Positions 61,066-64,000 of a stretch of DNA of 64,000 bases are shown here, one piece after another (position 1 is the stretch's first letter; the number at the start of each line of letters is the position of its first letter). The stretch is from the human T2T-CHM13v2.0 reference genome, Homo sapiens: the NCBI RefSeq assembly GCF_009914755.1, contig NC_060932.1; one strand, written 5' to 3'. The notes beneath the pieces are model-generated. The model saw nothing but the letters and a program-made list of their open reading frames with translations, was not told where the DNA came from and ran no database searches. The translations under genes were made by a program, and so were the position numbers.

Positions 61066-61364
61066 TCACCCAAGCTGCAGTGCCCTCAGCAAGGGACCGG
61101 AGCACCTGCTGGGGAAGCCTCTGAATGAGTCTCCTAACAAATCATCATATTGAAAAGCACAGTGTCCAAAGTACTTTAGCAGTTCCTTTAAAAAGTAACA
61201 AGATTTGTACTTTCTCCCAAAGTATTTAAATAACTTCACATCCATGAACAGTTGGAGGTATAGGATTTCAGTAAGACTCACAGAGCAGGTGTTATGTTTC
61301 CTATTTAACCCAGGGAGCAACGAAGAAGATCATTGCTCTCTAAGGGTCCCATTCTGCGTCTCTA

Positions 61365-61763
<399 letters not shown>

Positions 61764-62431
61764 AGATACAAGATACAGAGTTCAGAGGCAGATACACAGA
61801 TCCAAATAAACAAAGTGGAATCAAAATAAAACAATGTAGACATTTATAGCTATAGGAATTCCTGGAGTCAGCAGCCAGGAGTTTGGGAGTCCAGTTCCTG
61901 GTGGGTGAGATTCAGTGTTCTTCAGGTCCAGGCCAACATGGCCATCCATACTGCTACCAGGGGCTTTCTGTGTCAAAATGCAGAGGCTGAACCACCAGGA
62001 TCATCACAGAGAGCAATGCATAGAACCAAGTGGAAAGTCCAAAGCAAATCATGAGTCGAAACGGGCCCAGTGAACAGGAAAATCCAGATGTGGATTTGGC
62101 AACCAATGGAGCAAGCAGAGCCCTAGCAAGTGGAAGAGAAGTAGGGCTTGGAGTCATCACCAATACCCAGCTCCTGGGCAACGTTGTGTCTCATTTCTCT
62201 TCCTGTCCATAGGGTAAGGCTTTGTTAGCCAGGATTCAGGGGCCAGCGCTGTGGATGAGAAGTTTTAGTAGCTGACTCCAGGAGGACAGAGAGCAAGTTC
62301 ACACAACAAACAGGTGATGGCACCTGCAAAAGAGCACTAGCTTCAAAAATCAGTCAGATTCCTTTCTCTTCAGCCAGTTTTGAAGAGGGCAATTATCAAA
62401 TGTCAACATTCTAATTGGTCTCCAACACTCC

Positions 62432-63290
62432 TGCTGTGGTCTGAATGTTGGTGTCCCAGAAAAATTCCTATGTTGGGACATAACCCCCAGTGTGAAGGTA
62501 TAAATAGGTGGGGCTATCTACAGCTATACCAACCTGAATGCATCCGATCTCACCTGGCCTTGGAAGCTAAGCAAGATAAAGCCTGGTTAGTCCTTAGATG
62601 GAAGACTGCCTGGGAATACTGGGTGCTGTAGGCTTAAAAAGAAAAAAAGAAGTGAGGCCTTTGGAAAGTTTTTAGGTCATAAGAGCTATGCTCTAATAAC
62701 TGGGATTAGTGACCGTATAAAGGGGCAAAAGGGTGTGTTTTTGACCCTTTCACCATGTGAGGATGCAACAAGAGGCACCATCTTGAAGCAGAGGCGCTGA
62801 ATCCGCTGGCACCTTGATCTTGGACTTCCCAGCCTCCAGAACCATGAGCAATAAATTTCTGTTATTAGGCTAGTCATGGTAGCTCACACCTGTAATCTCA
62901 GCACTTTGAGAGGCCAAGGCAGGAGGATCACTTAAGGCCAGGAGTTTGAGACCAGCCTGGGCAACATGGTGAAACCCTATCTCTACAAAAAATACCAAAA
63001 AAATTAGCTAGGTGTTGTAATGCCTGTAGTCCAAGCCACTCAGGAGCCTGAGGTGGGAGGATTGTTTGAGCCCAGGAGGTGAAGGTTGCAGTGAGCCAAG
63101 ATCCTACCATTGCACTCCAGTTCGGGCAACAGAGTGAGACTCTGTCTCAAAAAAATGATAGTAAAATAAAAATACATTTTGGTTGTTTATAAATTATCTA
63201 GTCTAAGGTTTTTTTTGTTTGTTTGTTTGTTTGTTTGTTTTTTGTTTTTTGTTTTGTTGTTGTTATGGCAGCCCAAATGGACTAAAGGCA
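62432..63290 (+). mobile_element. MLT1A-type solo LTR interrupted by a 5S retrocopy and an AluJ (62867-63175)
   Basis: TGCTGTGGTCTGAATGT...GGACTAAAGGCA; perfect 5-bp TSD ACTCC (62427-31, 63291-95). Confidence 0.9.
62516..62635 (+). pseudogene. Full-length retroposed 5S rRNA pseudogene (RNA5SP-type)
   Basis: Colinear with human 5S over ~120 nt (..GGAAGCTAAGCA..GCCTGGTTAGT..CTGGGAATACTGGGTGCTGTAGGCTT), CpG-decayed, A tail 62636-62650, degenerate TSD. Confidence 0.95.
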
Positions 63291-64000
63291 ACTCCACAAT
63301 GAGGCATGATTACTCTTCCTTCCTGAAACCTTGGGATTATACGTTGCCACTATAGAAAAGAAGCACCTTTGTACAGCTTCTAGAAATTCAAGCTGGAAAT
63401 GCTCCCAGAGAGAATAGTAGGGTCAACCTCATATCCCTGGTCAGGCTGACCCCCATCCCCCTCCCAGCTCAAATACAACCTGAGTTATGTTCAAAGGAGA
63501 TCTCAAAGCAGGATCAAGCCTTTTATTACTTTCTTCCAGTATTTTTTTATTCTTATTAAATACATGATATTATAAATAAACTAATAGGACTCTAAAGGAA
63601 TGGAAAAATTTGTCCCACACTATCAACACTCCAAGTTGAACTGCTTTTTGTGGGTTCAAGTTCATTTTCGTTTCATTTCATTGGCATGTATCATTTTTAT
63701 GTAGTTGAAGTCAATGTCATGTACAGTAAAATGTATTCTCTTTATCACTTACAATTAAATCCTAAGCACCTTTTTATGTTATATGGGGTCCTCACAATTG
63801 TTATTGGCTCTGTATATCTCACAAGAGGTTATACTGCATAATTCACCCAGTCACCCAGCAATCCTTTTAGATTGCTTTCCGTTTTTCACTGTTGGACCTA
63901 ATGTTACAGTGAACAGTTTAGTGCATTACTCAGATCACCACTCTTGAAAAGAGTCTGGGAGCCTAAAAGAAGGTTGAAGGTGAAGTACTGGCAATTTTTC

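Overview
This is primate, most likely human, non-coding euchromatin, and most of it is interspersed repeat. It holds about 39 Alu/FLAM/FRAM copies, several old L1s (a ~10 kb L1 pile-up at 23.5-33.2 kb), L2/MIR remnants, MaLR and ERV solo LTRs (MST, THE1, MLT1, MER4A1, LTR25-like), DNA transposons (MER6, MER5A, MER58B, MER91A), microsatellites, a 63-bp VNTR and a retroposed 5S rRNA pseudogene. I found no credible protein-coding gene: the listed ORFs come from Alu, L1, LTR, simple-repeat or VNTR sequence. I cannot name the locus, and I see no new multi-gene system. The strongest regulatory signal is a near-consensus CTCF site with YY1-like motifs in a CpG-retaining patch at ~14.5-14.9 kb. The most unusual signals are these. 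(i) Several locally templated copy events: a 187-bp inverted copy of an Alu-L1 junction inside MER6, a 29-bp copy inside L1MC1, fold-back hairpins and old 100-220 bp duplications. (ii) An orphan ~70-nt retrocopy with TSD and A-rich tail inside MER5A. (iii) A tail-less L1 fragment captured in an MST LTR. (iv) A VNTR whose unit is a G4/i-motif clamped by an inverted repeat. Repeat subfamily names come from recalled consensus sequences and need Dfam/RepeatMasker confirmation. Identity values are manual counts.
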